Positions 10,583-27,161 of a DNA stretch of 64,000 nt are shown here, piece by piece. Below the pieces are notes generated by a model. It worked only from the letters and a program-made list of their open reading frames with translations. It was not told where the DNA came from and searched no databases. This stretch comes from Felixounavirus LF82P5. Where the stretch lies: the sequence record OZ035800.1. One strand, 5' to 3'. The position numbers and the translations under genes were made by a program. How positions within the stretch are numbered: the first letter of the stretch is position 1; the number at the start of each line of letters is the position of its first letter.

Positions 10583-10615
10583 AGGGGGAGACTTTAAAAG
10601 GTCTTCCCCTTTTTT
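10583..10615 (+). terminator. Rho-independent terminator after tail tube gene
   Basis: Stem AGGGGGAGAC/GTCTTCCCCT (one wobble), 8 nt loop, TTTTT run. Confidence 0.75.
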
Positions 10616-10644
10616 GTTTCTTTTAAAAGTATTAAGGAATCACA

Positions 10645-11043
10645 ATGAAAACAGAATCTAGAGTAATTAATGGCAAGAAAGTAAATATCGTTCTGCTTGG
10701 GGCAAGAGATGGTATTAAGATGTCTATGAAGTTGGGTAAGATTGTTGTTCCAACATTTGCACAGATGCTGTCAAGTCTGACTGATAAAGATAAGAAAGAA
10801 GCTCCAATGGTTCCATTTAAAGAACTTGTTGAAGCTTGTTTTGACAGAATTGAAGAAATTAACCTTGAAGAGATGGCTACCTTATTATTTCAAGGGGCAA
10901 CTGTTGACGACTTCCCACTTAATATTGATACGCACTTCCAAGCAAACTACGGTGAGTTTATTGATTACTTAGCATTTGCGCTGGAGGCAAACTTCGGAAG
11001 TTTTTTCGAAGCAAGCATTTTCAAAAGCCTAACTTCTCAGTAA
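10645..11043 (+). CDS. Tail assembly chaperone (G-like)
   Basis: 132 aa ORF immediately upstream of tape measure; contains slippery TTTTTTC near its 3' end. Confidence 0.55.
   Translation: MKTESRVINGKKVNIVLLGARDGIKMSMKLGKIVVPTFAQMLSSLTDKDKKEAPMVPFKELVEACFDRIEEINLEEMATLLFQGATVDDFPLNIDTHFQANYGEFIDYLAFALEANFGSFFEASIFKSLTSQ
11001..11007 (+). other. Slippery heptamer T_TTT_TTC for -1 programmed ribosomal frameshift in tail chaperone gene
   Basis: Zero-frame codons AGT TTT TTC; -1 frame continues open into 11046..11285 ORF. Confidence 0.55.
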
Positions 11044-11045
11044 AC

Positions 11046-11284
11046 ATGGGTAACACTCTACAGACACCACTGACTGATGCTGCTGTAGAGGCAACCTATG
11101 AAGAAGCAGACGAGATGAAATTTGTGCTTGCTATTTATGGTATGGAAGGGTGTAAAGAAACACTTGACCAACTCTTTGCTATGACATTCTCTGATTTATT
11201 ATCATTGAGACAATTTCTTGAAATTCAGAGGTCGTATAAAGAGGAAATTGCTTACAACGAACTTAGAAGAGCAGGAAAAATGTA

Positions 11285-11285
<1 letters not shown>
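11046..11285 (+). CDS. Tail assembly chaperone T-like part, probably expressed as -1 frameshift extension of 10645..11043
   Basis: ORF in -1 frame relative to upstream chaperone; its frame is open from 10965, overlapping the upstream ORF. Confidence 0.5.
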
Positions 11286-19304
<8,019 letters not shown>

Positions 19305-19306
19305 TA

Positions 19307-20494
19307 ATGGCAGTAGGTGAAATTCAAATTAGTGCCTTGCCTCAAGCAGCCTTACCAATTGACCTTAGTGATATCTTCCATCTTAAGCAGGGTATTGAGG
19401 ATAAGAGATGTACTCTTGAGCAATTACTTGCTCCACACTCAAGCCTAAGAAATAACCCACATGGTGTTACTAAAACACAAATTGGTTTAGATAATGTTAT
19501 TAATGCTCTTCAGTTAGTTGCTGCAAATAACTTATCAGATGTTACTAATGTAGCTCAGGCAAGAGCAAATCTACAGATTATGTCTTCAGAAGAGGTTAAT
19601 AATCTTGTCCAACAGCATATTCAGGACAAGAGCAACCCACACAATACAACTAAGGCACAGGTAGGATTGAGTAATGTTCAGAACTGGACAACATCTAACC
19701 TTTATAACGAAGATGCAGATAAGTATGCTACAGCAAGAGCAGTAAATAACTTGTACAAGGCTGTTCAGGCTTCTTATCCAGTAGGTACTATCCATCTTTC
19801 CATGAACTCTGCAAACCCTTCTACGTATTTAATTTGTGGAGGAACTTGGGAGTTAGTTTCAAAAGGTAGAGCATTGGTTGGTTATGACTCTGACACAAGA
19901 CCAGCAGGTTCTGTATTTGGTGCTTCAACTGTCACTTTGTCAGTTAATAACATGCCTCAACACTCTCACTCTGTGTCTCTTAGTGGTGGTGGTCATACTC
20001 ATAATGCAACGGTGTCAATTTCAGCTTTTGACTATGGGACTAAGACTACCAACTCTTTTGACTATGGAACTAAGACCACTAACACAACTGGTAACCACAA
20101 CCATGTTGGTAGTGGGTCAACAAGTTCTGCTGGTGCTCATAACCACAGATTGACCTATGAATCAGGTGGTGGTTTATCGGAAAGACCTGCAATGGTTTGG
20201 TCTTCAAGGAATGACCAATCATGGTACTCAGCAGATGCTGTCTGTGAAGTAGCTGGTGCACACACTCACTCTTTCAGTGTTACCACTAACACAACTGGTA
20301 ACCACAACCATACGGTTGGTATTGGTGCTCATAGCCACACAGTTGGTATTGGTTCGCATACACATAATGGTACTGTAACAGTTTCTTCTTCTGAACATAC
20401 GCATAGCGGGAACACTAATAGTGTTGGTGGAGGACAAGCTTTCAACATTGAGCAGCCATCCTTCGTACTGTATGTATGGCAGAGAACAGCTTAA
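19307..20494 (+). CDS. Tail fibre protein with His-x-His repeat tip
   Basis: C-terminal GNHNH, GAHNH, GAHTHS, GNHNHT, GAHSHT, GSHTHN, EHTHS repeats; internal tandem FDYGTKTTN duplication; shares C-terminal architecture with next gene. Confidence 0.7.
   Translation: MAVGEIQISALPQAALPIDLSDIFHLKQGIEDKRCTLEQLLAPHSSLRNNPHGVTKTQIGLDNVINALQLVAANNLSDVTNVAQARANLQIMSSEEVNNLVQQHIQDKSNPHNTTKAQVGLSNVQNWTTSNLYNEDADKYATARAVNNLYKAVQASYPVGTIHLSMNSANPSTYLICGGTWELVSKGRALVGYDSDTRPAGSVFGASTVTLSVNNMPQHSHSVSLSGGGHTHNATVSISAFDYGTKTTNSFDYGTKTTNTTGNHNHVGSGSTSSAGAHNHRLTYESGGGLSERPAMVWSSRNDQSWYSADAVCEVAGAHTHSFSVTTNTTGNHNHTVGIGAHSHTVGIGSHTHNGTVTVSSSEHTHSGNTNSVGGGQAFNIEQPSFVLYVWQRTA
20027..20086 (+). repeat. In-frame 30-nt tandem duplication inside tail fibre gene (FDYGTKTTNS / FDYGTKTTNT)
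   Basis: Two adjacent 30-nt units with 4 mismatches. Confidence 0.8.
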
Positions 20495-20503
20495 TTTCTT
20501 TAC

Positions 20504-20524
20504 AGGGGCTTGATAGCCCCTTTT
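20504..20524 (+). terminator. Rho-independent terminator between tail fibre genes
   Basis: Stem GGGGCT/AGCCCC, loop TGAT, TTTT. Confidence 0.65.
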
Positions 20525-20540
20525 AAGAGGAAAATTTATA

Positions 20541-22922
20541 ATGGCAGATTACAAGTTGAGTGAATTAAACTCAATCGATACAATCCGTTCAGATGACCTT
20601 CTTCATGTCAGAGTTAAAAAGAGACCTGAAATGCTTGGCGATGAAGACCGTCGAATGACCTATCAAGATTTCTTAGCATCTTTTAAACTTGAGAGATTTG
20701 TTCAGATTGCTGGTAGCACTATGACAGGTGACTTAGGGATTGTTAAGTTACTTTATGGTGGTAAGGTAGTATTTAACCCAACAGGCTCTTCTGAGATTAA
20801 TATTGGGGATGTTTTAAAGACTTTTAAAATCAACGCAAATGGCCTTAAACTGACTATTGCAGACACTTCAAGGTCGGCAACTGTTTATCATACTCTGAAT
20901 AAGCCAAGCCCTAATGAACTTGGGATGAGAACTAATGAAGAGAATGATGCAAGATACTCAAGATTAGCTGCAAATAACATCTTTACCTTCCAACAGGTTA
21001 TTCAAGCAAATGGCGAAGCTATTAGACTAAAAAACTCTTCTGAGAACTCCCCGTTGTATATTAGAGGTCAGGATAGCACTGGTGCTAATAGGTGGTATGT
21101 AGGTAATGGTTCAGGGAATGATGATGTTATTATCCACAACTACAAGACAGGTTGTGAAGTTAATCTGTCTAGTGTTGCTGCTATTAGCAAAACACTAAGA
21201 ATCACTGGTCAAGTTCAACCATCTGACTTCTCTAACTTAGATGCTAGATACTTTACTCAGACAGTAGCTAATCAGAGATTTGCACAGTTAGCTGCGAATA
21301 ACAATTTCACTGGCACTAACACGTTTAGCAGAAACCTACTTATTATCAGTGACAGTGCTGCTTTAAGGTTGAAAAATGCAACAACTAGCTCACTATTCAT
21401 TCAGGGTGTTGACTCTCAGAACACTAACAGGTGGTATGTAGGGAACGGGGATAACACAGCCTCTGTGCTGCTACACAACTATGTACACGGTTCAAATATC
21501 AGACTTGAGAATGGCTATATCTCAGTCAACCAGAACTTCAGAATCACTGGTCAAGTTCAACCTTCGGATTGGACTAATATTGACTCTAGATATATTCCGG
21601 CAGCAACTTTGAGTAACCTACCTAAGCTTAATGTTGCTAACACATTTGTGAATGTGCAAACTATTGTATCAAATAATGAAGGCGTAGTATTAAGAAACTT
21701 AACACAGGGGCAGCCACAATATATCCGTGGTGTTGATACCCAGAATGTATCTAGGTGGTGGGTAGGTGTGGGTGGCACAAATTCTACTGATGTGGCATTA
21801 AACAACAGCTACTCTGGGACTCAAATTACTCTTATGCCTTCAGCGATTAAGGCTAATAAGAACCTAACCATTACTGGTCAAGTTCAACCTTCTGATTGGT
21901 CTAACTTAGATGCTAGATATTTTGTTAAAACTCAGTTATTAAACCAATCCTTAATGACTGTTTCTGTAGATAACCTTGAAAACCCTTCAGGTTTTAATCT
22001 TGGATATTCAGGTTTTGTCAGAAACAATCAGGTTGCTAGTGGACTGAGAGAATTGGCAATTCATGTTGCTCACTCTAATAAGACTGCTGCACATGCAAGA
22101 GGAATCTCTTTTGTGTATGGCTCAAATGGACTGGCAACATTTACCTATGCCTATGACAAAAATGGTGACTATGCCGGAGAGGCACAGCTTTACACAACTG
22201 ATTTTAAACCAACCCCTTCAGATATCGGTGCATACACTAAAGCTGAAACTGACCAGAAGATTGCACAGGCAGTAAGTGACTCTACAGACCTTAATAAAAT
22301 CTACCCAGTTGGTATTGTAACGTGGTTTAACAGTAATGTTGACCCTAATACGGCACTTCCTGGTCTAACTTGGACGTACCTTAACAATGGTGTTGGTAGA
22401 ACTATCAGGATTGCAGCAGCAAACGGTTCAGATGTTGCTACAACAGGTGGTTCAGATTCTGTGACGCTAGCTGTTGGTAACTTACCATCACACACCCATA
22501 GTTTCTCTGCTACCACTTCATCTTTTGATTATGGTACGAAGAGCACTAATAGTACTGGTGGTCATACTCACTCTGTAAGTGGTACAACAAGTGCTGCTGG
22601 TAACCACGCCCACCACTTAGGTCTGCTATTGGTTAATGGTGGTGATGCTCAGTATGGTTACACAACTGTTAGCAATAACAAGACGAGAACTCTTGACTGG
22701 CTTGACAGAACTGATAACAAGTTCCCTAACACTAACACAACTGGTAACCATACACACACATGGTCTGGTACTACAAGTAACACTGGTGCTCACACCCACT
22801 CTGTAGGTATTGGTGCTCACACCCATACAGTTAGTGGTAACACTGGTGGTACAGGTTCTGGTTCAGCATTTAGTGTCACTAACCAGTTCTACAAGTTAAT
22901 GGCTTGGGTGAGAACTGCTTAA
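20541..22922 (+). CDS. Long tail fibre protein with three repeated domains and His-x-His tip
   Basis: 793 aa; three copies of ...RWYVGNG...ITGQVQPSDWSNLDARYF domain; C-terminal SHTHS, GGHTHS, GNHAHH, GNHTHT, GAHTHS repeats. Confidence 0.75.
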   Translation: MADYKLSELNSIDTIRSDDLLHVRVKKRPEMLGDEDRRMTYQDFLASFKLERFVQIAGSTMTGDLGIVKLLYGGKVVFNPTGSSEINIGDVLKTFKINANGLKLTIADTSRSATVYHTLNKPSPNELGMRTNEENDARYSRLAANNIFTFQQVIQANGEAIRLKNSSENSPLYIRGQDSTGANRWYVGNGSGNDDVIIHNYKTGCEVNLSSVAAISKTLRITGQVQPSDFSNLDARYFTQTVANQRFAQLAANNNFTGTNTFSRNLLIISDSAALRLKNATTSSLFIQGVDSQNTNRWYVGNGDNTASVLLHNYVHGSNIRLENGYISVNQNFRITGQVQPSDWTNIDSRYIPAATLSNLPKLNVANTFVNVQTIVSNNEGVVLRNLTQGQPQYIRGVDTQNVSRWWVGVGGTNSTDVALNNSYSGTQITLMPSAIKANKNLTITGQVQPSDWSNLDARYFVKTQLLNQSLMTVSVDNLENPSGFNLGYSGFVRNNQVASGLRELAIHVAHSNKTAAHARGISFVYGSNGLATFTYAYDKNGDYAGEAQLYTTDFKPTPSDIGAYTKAETDQKIAQAVSDSTDLNKIYPVGIVTWFNSNVDPNTALPGLTWTYLNNGVGRTIRIAAANGSDVATTGGSDSVTLAVGNLPSHTHSFSATTSSFDYGTKSTNSTGGHTHSVSGTTSAAGNHAHHLGLLLVNGGDAQYGYTTVSNNKTRTLDWLDRTDNKFPNTNTTGNHTHTWSGTTSNTGAHTHSVGIGAHTHTVSGNTGGTGSGSAFSVTNQFYKLMAWVRTA
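21201..21889 (+). repeat. Three copies of a roughly 110-codon domain repeat in long tail fibre gene
   Basis: ATCACTGGTCAAGTTCAACC at 21201 and 21543, ATTACTGGTCAAGTTCAACC at 21870; protein repeat ITGQVQPSD(F/W)(S/T)N(L/I)D(A/S)RY. Confidence 0.75.
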
Positions 22923-22929
22923 TCCCTTG

Positions 22930-22958
22930 TTGACTGATTATTAAGATGGTGTTAATAT
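22930..22958 (+). promoter_or_regulatory. Sigma70-like promoter TTGACT-17-TAATAT upstream of small membrane-protein genes
   Basis: -35 TTGACT 22930-22935, 17 nt spacer, -10 TAATAT 22953-22958. Confidence 0.5.
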
Positions 22959-22983
22959 TCTTTATGGGTATTCTCACCATCTT
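22943..22983 (+). promoter_or_regulatory. 9-bp perfect inverted repeat AAGATGGTG ... CACCATCTT in leader of small membrane-protein operon
   Basis: Arms at 22943-22951 and 22975-22983, 23 nt apart, overlapping the -10 and start site region. Confidence 0.4.
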
Positions 22984-23001
22984 GGCTGATGAGGTGATTA
23001 A

Positions 23002-23196
23002 ATGCCTACAATCCTAGCAATTCTTCTAAAAAATCTAGGTAGCTTCTTCTGGAAACTCATTTTATCCCTTCTAAGTGAATACATGATTGAGAAAGTGTTC
23101 TTTAAGCTTGCAAGATACCTTGCGAGTAAAACAGACACACCTATTGATGATGAGTTCGTAGATAACTTAGAAAAAGCTTTTAAGGGGGAGAAATAA
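23002..23196 (+). CDS. Small hydrophobic protein (possible lysis/membrane protein)
   Basis: 64 aa, hydrophobic N-terminal segment ILAILLKNLGSFFWKLILSLL; GAGGTG RBS; downstream of TTGACT-17-TAATAT promoter. Confidence 0.4.
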   Translation: MPTILAILLKNLGSFFWKLILSLLSEYMIEKVFFKLARYLASKTDTPIDDEFVDNLEKAFKGEK

Positions 23197-23568
23197 ATGA
23201 AGTGGCTAGAGGAAGCTTTTAAAAATAATATTGGTGCAATTGTAGTTGGTATTTTTAGTGTTATTGGGATGTATACCACTATGCAAGTTTCAAGTGGTAA
23301 GCAAGAAGTGTCTGTCACAACAAAGTTACAGCAGCTAGATAATTATTCCAAAAGTAACTATTCAGCTATTCGTGATTTACAGTCTGACATGAGACTGATT
23401 CAGCTAGGGATGGAGAACCAGAAAGTTCAGTTAGAGAATGTTAAGGGTGAAAACGCAAAACTTACCAAAACTCTTGATAAATTCTCTGACAGTGTGAATA
23501 ATCTGGCTCAATCAGTATCAGCCCTCCAAGCTATTACTGAAAAGAACACAAAGAATACTGAAAAATAA
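23197..23568 (+). CDS. Single-pass membrane protein with coiled-coil domain (holin/antiholin or spanin-like candidate)
   Basis: 123 aa; one TM helix NIGAIVVGIFSVIGMYTTM then Q/L/N-rich coiled coil; last gene before bidirectional terminator. Confidence 0.4.
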   Translation: MKWLEEAFKNNIGAIVVGIFSVIGMYTTMQVSSGKQEVSVTTKLQQLDNYSKSNYSAIRDLQSDMRLIQLGMENQKVQLENVKGENAKLTKTLDKFSDSVNNLAQSVSALQAITEKNTKNTEK

Positions 23569-23575
23569 AGTTTAA

Positions 23576-23601
23576 GGCTCCTTTTTACGGGAGCCTTTTT
23601 T
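23576..23601. terminator. Bidirectional terminator at convergent junction of structural and minus-strand blocks
   Basis: Stem GGCTCC/GGAGCC followed by TTTTTT; T-rich on opposite strand too. Confidence 0.65.
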
Positions 23602-23604
23602 GTT

Positions 23605-24504
23605 TTACTTACCTACTGACAGAGGTGCTTCAATCTTCCCTGCATGTTGGTAGTTGTTAATGCCACCAATAAAATCACTTGCAGTAAGATGTTTTAAGTC
23701 ACTTAAAGTGTTAAGTGGTACACCAATCTCAAAAGTAGGTGCATGGAACTCTTCGTTGTTCATCAGTTCATAAACCTGCTTCATATGATTCTGATAAATC
23801 TGAGTATCCCCAAAGACACCTATCAAGTATCGTGGAGTGTACCCAGTCATCTTACAAAGAACTTCCAGAATAAAACCATAAGACGCAATATTAAACGGAA
23901 GTCCTAAAAAGGTGTCTACAGAACGTTGATACCATTGTAAGTCAACTTCACCTTCGTTAGTGATATAAATCTGAAACAGAACATGACAAGGTGCTAAAGC
24001 CATCGAGTTGGCTGCAATATCTGCTGCATTCCAAGCATTAACAAGCATGTAACGGTCTGTGATATCACCTTTCATCTTCGTTACTAAGGTCTCTAACTGG
24101 TCTACAACACAACCATTATGACCTTCAAAGTTTCTCCACTGAACCCCGTAGATTCTCCCACCTGCATCCTCTAACCAGTCTTGCTCAGAAGAATAGTTAG
24201 AGCTTAACCAGCGTTTAAAGTCATCTGACCAGATAGTCCAGCGTTCTCCATCATTTTCACCCCAAGTGCGATAACGGAGTTCACCAAGTTTATTCTCACC
24301 ATTCAGGAACCATAAAGCTTCCCCAATAACTTGCCGTGTAAACACCTGTTTAGATGTTAAGAGTGGGAAACCAGTACGCATATCAAAACGAAACTGTGGT
24401 GGAGCAAATGCAGAGATAACATCTCCAGTTCGTGTAGTACGCAGTTCACCAACGGATAAAACATGGTTCAGGATATTTTTGTAACTTGAATCTGCTTGTG
24501 ACAT
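23605..24504 (-). CDS. thyA: Thymidylate synthase (ThyA family)
   Basis: RTGDVIS, ALWFLNG, YGVQWR, LAPCHVLFQIY (catalytic Cys), YQRSVDTFLGLPFNIASY, GDTQIYQNH; adjacent to DHFR. Confidence 0.85.
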   Translation of the reverse strand: MSQADSSYKNILNHVLSVGELRTTRTGDVISAFAPPQFRFDMRTGFPLLTSKQVFTRQVIGEALWFLNGENKLGELRYRTWGENDGERWTIWSDDFKRWLSSNYSSEQDWLEDAGGRIYGVQWRNFEGHNGCVVDQLETLVTKMKGDITDRYMLVNAWNAADIAANSMALAPCHVLFQIYITNEGEVDLQWYQRSVDTFLGLPFNIASYGFILEVLCKMTGYTPRYLIGVFGDTQIYQNHMKQVYELMNNEEFHAPTFEIGVPLNTLSDLKHLTASDFIGGINNYQHAGKIEAPLSVGK

Positions 24505-24505
24505 A

Positions 24506-25051
24506 TCAAAAGTGTCCTTTTACTTGTGGAACATAAATTTCAAAAGTTGCTTTACCATCCTCTGATGGTTTTGACTGTACCTTTGTAAATACACGGTTAT
24601 CATACAGCTTCTCAAAGAAGTTTTCAAAAGGTAAATGCACAGTAGCCTCTTCAGTAACTTTATGGAAGACTGTATGGAACACCACACCAGCATACGGTAA
24701 AGCATTGACAAGGACACCTGCACCACCAATTACAAAGACATCTTCATCAATAGAGCTATCAAGATACTTCAAAAATGCTCCAAAGGATTCTTTGCTGGCC
24801 TTAGCATACATTACACCATCTTTGCCAAAATCTATACCTAAGTATGGTACAGAATTTGTTAAGATTAGGTTTGCACGTTCTGGTAGAGGTTTACTACCCA
24901 GAGTCTTAAAAGTCTCATTACCCATGACTACTAAGTTATTTTTAGTGAGTCTCTTAAACTCTTGCATGTCCTGTTTATGTCGAGGCCACGGCATACCAGT
25001 CGGTGTACCAAATTCACCGTTTTCACCACTTGCAAATATTAGTTTAATCAT
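24506..25051 (-). CDS. folA: Dihydrofolate reductase
   Basis: 181 aa; N-terminal MIKLIFASGENGEFGTPTGMPW pattern typical of DHFR; 1 nt gap from thyA. Confidence 0.75.
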   Translation of the reverse strand: MIKLIFASGENGEFGTPTGMPWPRHKQDMQEFKRLTKNNLVVMGNETFKTLGSKPLPERANLILTNSVPYLGIDFGKDGVMYAKASKESFGAFLKYLDSSIDEDVFVIGGAGVLVNALPYAGVVFHTVFHKVTEEATVHLPFENFFEKLYDNRVFTKVQSKPSEDGKATFEIYVPQVKGHF

Positions 25052-25308
25052 TTTGTAAACCCTTTCTTAATGAACCAGTTGATGACACTCTTCACAACTT
25101 TACTACGATGGTAGATAAAATGTGGAGATGGTTGGTATGAACCATAAGCCCAGAAAGCGATAATTTCATTACACCCTGTGCATCGGGTACTTTCTTCAGC
25201 AATATGACCGTTGACTATTTCACTTACCTCACCTTGTAAGTCTGTACACCCGCAATGTGGACAACGGATAGGTGTTCCATCAGACTCATAGCAGTGTTCA
25301 ATTTTCAT
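25048..25308 (-). CDS. Zinc-ribbon protein (hypothetical)
   Basis: 86 aa with CPHCGC ... CTGCNE Cys pairs. Confidence 0.45.
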   Translation of the reverse strand: MKIEHCYESDGTPIRCPHCGCTDLQGEVSEIVNGHIAEESTRCTGCNEIIAFWAYGSYQPSPHFIYHRSKVVKSVINWFIKKGFTK

Positions 25309-25824
25309 CTATTTAACCTCAAAAACTGGTTCAAGAACCAATATAAAGTCTACACAGTCATCTTCTTCATCCAGAATACCATCAAAGTTCTTAGGTACAA
25401 AGTCGAAGAGGCTCATAGAATATCGGTCAGAAGTAACCCTGATAGTGTTCCCTATATTCTCTACAGTTAATATTGTACGGCTTTCTGTTACCTCACTTAG
25501 AAGATTACTCACAAAGTCATCTAAGAAGTGTTTCATCAGTGACTTGAAGCCTTTAGGGTAATCTGTACCAGAGTATGTTTCAATCTGAGGAACAAGCTTA
25601 ACATTTATACTAGTCTTTGTTAAGAACGTTTTAGAGAACATGCTATCAGGTAGCTTACAAACAGTCTTTCCAGTACCTTCATGTTCAATCTCAACAAAAC
25701 CAGCTTCGTCGCCACATGTAACTATTTTAAAAGATGCTTCATTCTCATACTGTGAAGCCATAAACTTTTTAAGCATTTCTTTAAGGAAATCTGCATGAGC
25801 ATCTTGTAAGTAGATATCAATCAT
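25309..25824 (-). CDS. Hypothetical protein
   Basis: 171 aa ORF, coupled to neighbours. Confidence 0.45.
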   Translation of the reverse strand: MIDIYLQDAHADFLKEMLKKFMASQYENEASFKIVTCGDEAGFVEIEHEGTGKTVCKLPDSMFSKTFLTKTSINVKLVPQIETYSGTDYPKGFKSLMKHFLDDFVSNLLSEVTESRTILTVENIGNTIRVTSDRYSMSLFDFVPKNFDGILDEEDDCVDFILVLEPVFEVK

Positions 25825-25837
25825 AGTTAATCACCTA

Positions 25838-26197
25838 TTATGGGAACAAGCACTTAATGTCATCGTTTTTGAAAACAAAACTTGTGTAGTTGTGGCCATC
25901 AACATCCAACCAAACAGCCTGAACATCCACACCATCAAGATTGTGGTAAAGTTCTTTGATGAAGTGGTCTTTCACAATCTGGCTGCTAGTTGTTTCCAGC
26001 TTAATGTTCGAGATTGCTGAACCTACAGCCATATAGCCCATGACCCGTTTCTTCTCAGTATGCTTAATCTTACCATCTTTGTAAGCCATAATGAGATTGG
26101 AAAGAATTTTTACACCATAATACTTTTCAAGGTGAGTAGGTACACCATAAAAGCCTAATGCGAAGTTTTCAGAGTGGATAATGTTTTCACGTTTCAT
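25838..26197 (-). CDS. Hypothetical protein
   Basis: 119 aa ORF. Confidence 0.45.
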   Translation of the reverse strand: MKRENIIHSENFALGFYGVPTHLEKYYGVKILSNLIMAYKDGKIKHTEKKRVMGYMAVGSAISNIKLETTSSQIVKDHFIKELYHNLDGVDVQAVWLDVDGHNYTSFVFKNDDIKCLFP

Positions 26198-26198
26198 A

Positions 26199-26498
26199 TT
26201 AATCTGCCAACCTTAAATTGAAATTAACACCAAATTTTTCACATACTTCCAACATATACTCAAGGGAGACGTTACCAGTGAGATGGATTATGTTGGATAC
26301 ACGAGCCTGAGAGATACCACAAATTTTAGCAACTTGCTCTTGAGAAAGTCCTCTGGATTTAATCTCTCTCTTAAAACGATGTGCAACGAAGTCTCTCATT
26401 TCGTCTACATCCATTGGACAAATATAACTCTCCATTTCAGCCTCTCTGTCAGCCTCCCAATCATCTTGTGGAGCATAAGGGTCAAAAACCTCATTCAT
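26199..26498 (-). CDS. Helix-turn-helix (XRE-like) DNA-binding protein
   Basis: C-terminal LSQEQVAKICGISQARVSNIIH HTH-like segment; acidic N-terminus; start taken at ATG 26498 (track start 26528 overlaps upstream gene). Confidence 0.45.
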   Translation of the reverse strand: MNEVFDPYAPQDDWEADREAEMESYICPMDVDEMRDFVAHRFKREIKSRGLSQEQVAKICGISQARVSNIIHLTGNVSLEYMLEVCEKFGVNFNLRLAD

Positions 26499-26703
26499 CT
26501 TTCTTCTTCCGTTTGCGTGAAGTGTCAATCAATGAATCTATGTTTGTAGCCCTAACCTTTTCACGTTCATCATTGAGATAATCATCAAGAGCCTTCTCAA
26601 TCTGTGAATCATCTTGACAGATGACTGTAAAGACTGTAAAGCCATCTGTATCATCAATTATATTACCATAACCGCTTCTGGGATGTAACTTTTTAAGAGC
26701 CAT
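26491..26703 (-). CDS. Hypothetical small protein
   Basis: 70 aa ORF with basic C-terminal tail RKRKKKDE. Confidence 0.35.
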   Translation of the reverse strand: MALKKLHPRSGYGNIIDDTDGFTVFTVICQDDSQIEKALDDYLNDEREKVRATNIDSLIDTSRKRKKKDE

Positions 26704-26704
26704 A

Positions 26705-27088
26705 TTAGATACCTGTACAGCTTCTGTTTTCTAAGAAATACTCAACACCATACATAGCTTTTTGCATCAAATCTTCTTTAAACTGAATACGATGATTGAG
26801 CATAGTTTGTACATCAATATCGTCATGGTGTTTCTCTTTAATATTTGCAGATTGTAGGAAATACTCTGCAAGAACACGATACTGATAGTCAGTTACCTTA
26901 TCAGTCATCTCTGTCAAAGACTCTTCAGAGATTGGTTTAAGTAGCTCACCATTAGCCAGAGCAACACCTTTTACAATCTGGCAAGTGTCTTCTGGAACAC
27001 CTGATAAGTCTACATTTGGAAGTTCTGTTGCATTGACTGGTAAATTCATTGCCATAACCATTGCAGCGGCTAATAAAATCTTTTTCAT
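26705..27088 (-). CDS. Secreted (signal-peptide) protein of unknown function
   Basis: N-terminal MKKILLAAAMVMAMNLPVNA signal peptide; GAGG RBS; first gene after repeat region A. Confidence 0.55.
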   Translation of the reverse strand: MKKILLAAAMVMAMNLPVNATELPNVDLSGVPEDTCQIVKGVALANGELLKPISEESLTEMTDKVTDYQYRVLAEYFLQSANIKEKHHDDIDVQTMLNHRIQFKEDLMQKAMYGVEYFLENRSCTGI

Positions 27089-27132
27089 AATGACCTCAAA
27101 GTTATATTAAATTTTGTATTACATTGAGTATA

Positions 27133-27161
27133 AAAATAAGCTATAACACCTGACTTGTCAA
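27133..27161 (-). promoter_or_regulatory. Possible sigma70-like promoter for secreted-protein gene (minus strand)
   Basis: Minus-strand TTGACA (27161..27156), 17 nt spacer, TATTTT (27138..27133). Confidence 0.3.

Noticed and set aside
23605-24504. dCMP hydroxymethylase (T4 gp42-like) instead of thymidylate synthase
   Set aside because: The dUMP-specifying Asn is retained in PFNIASY and the gene is adjacent to DHFR, both favouring a dUMP-utilising ThyA-type enzyme.
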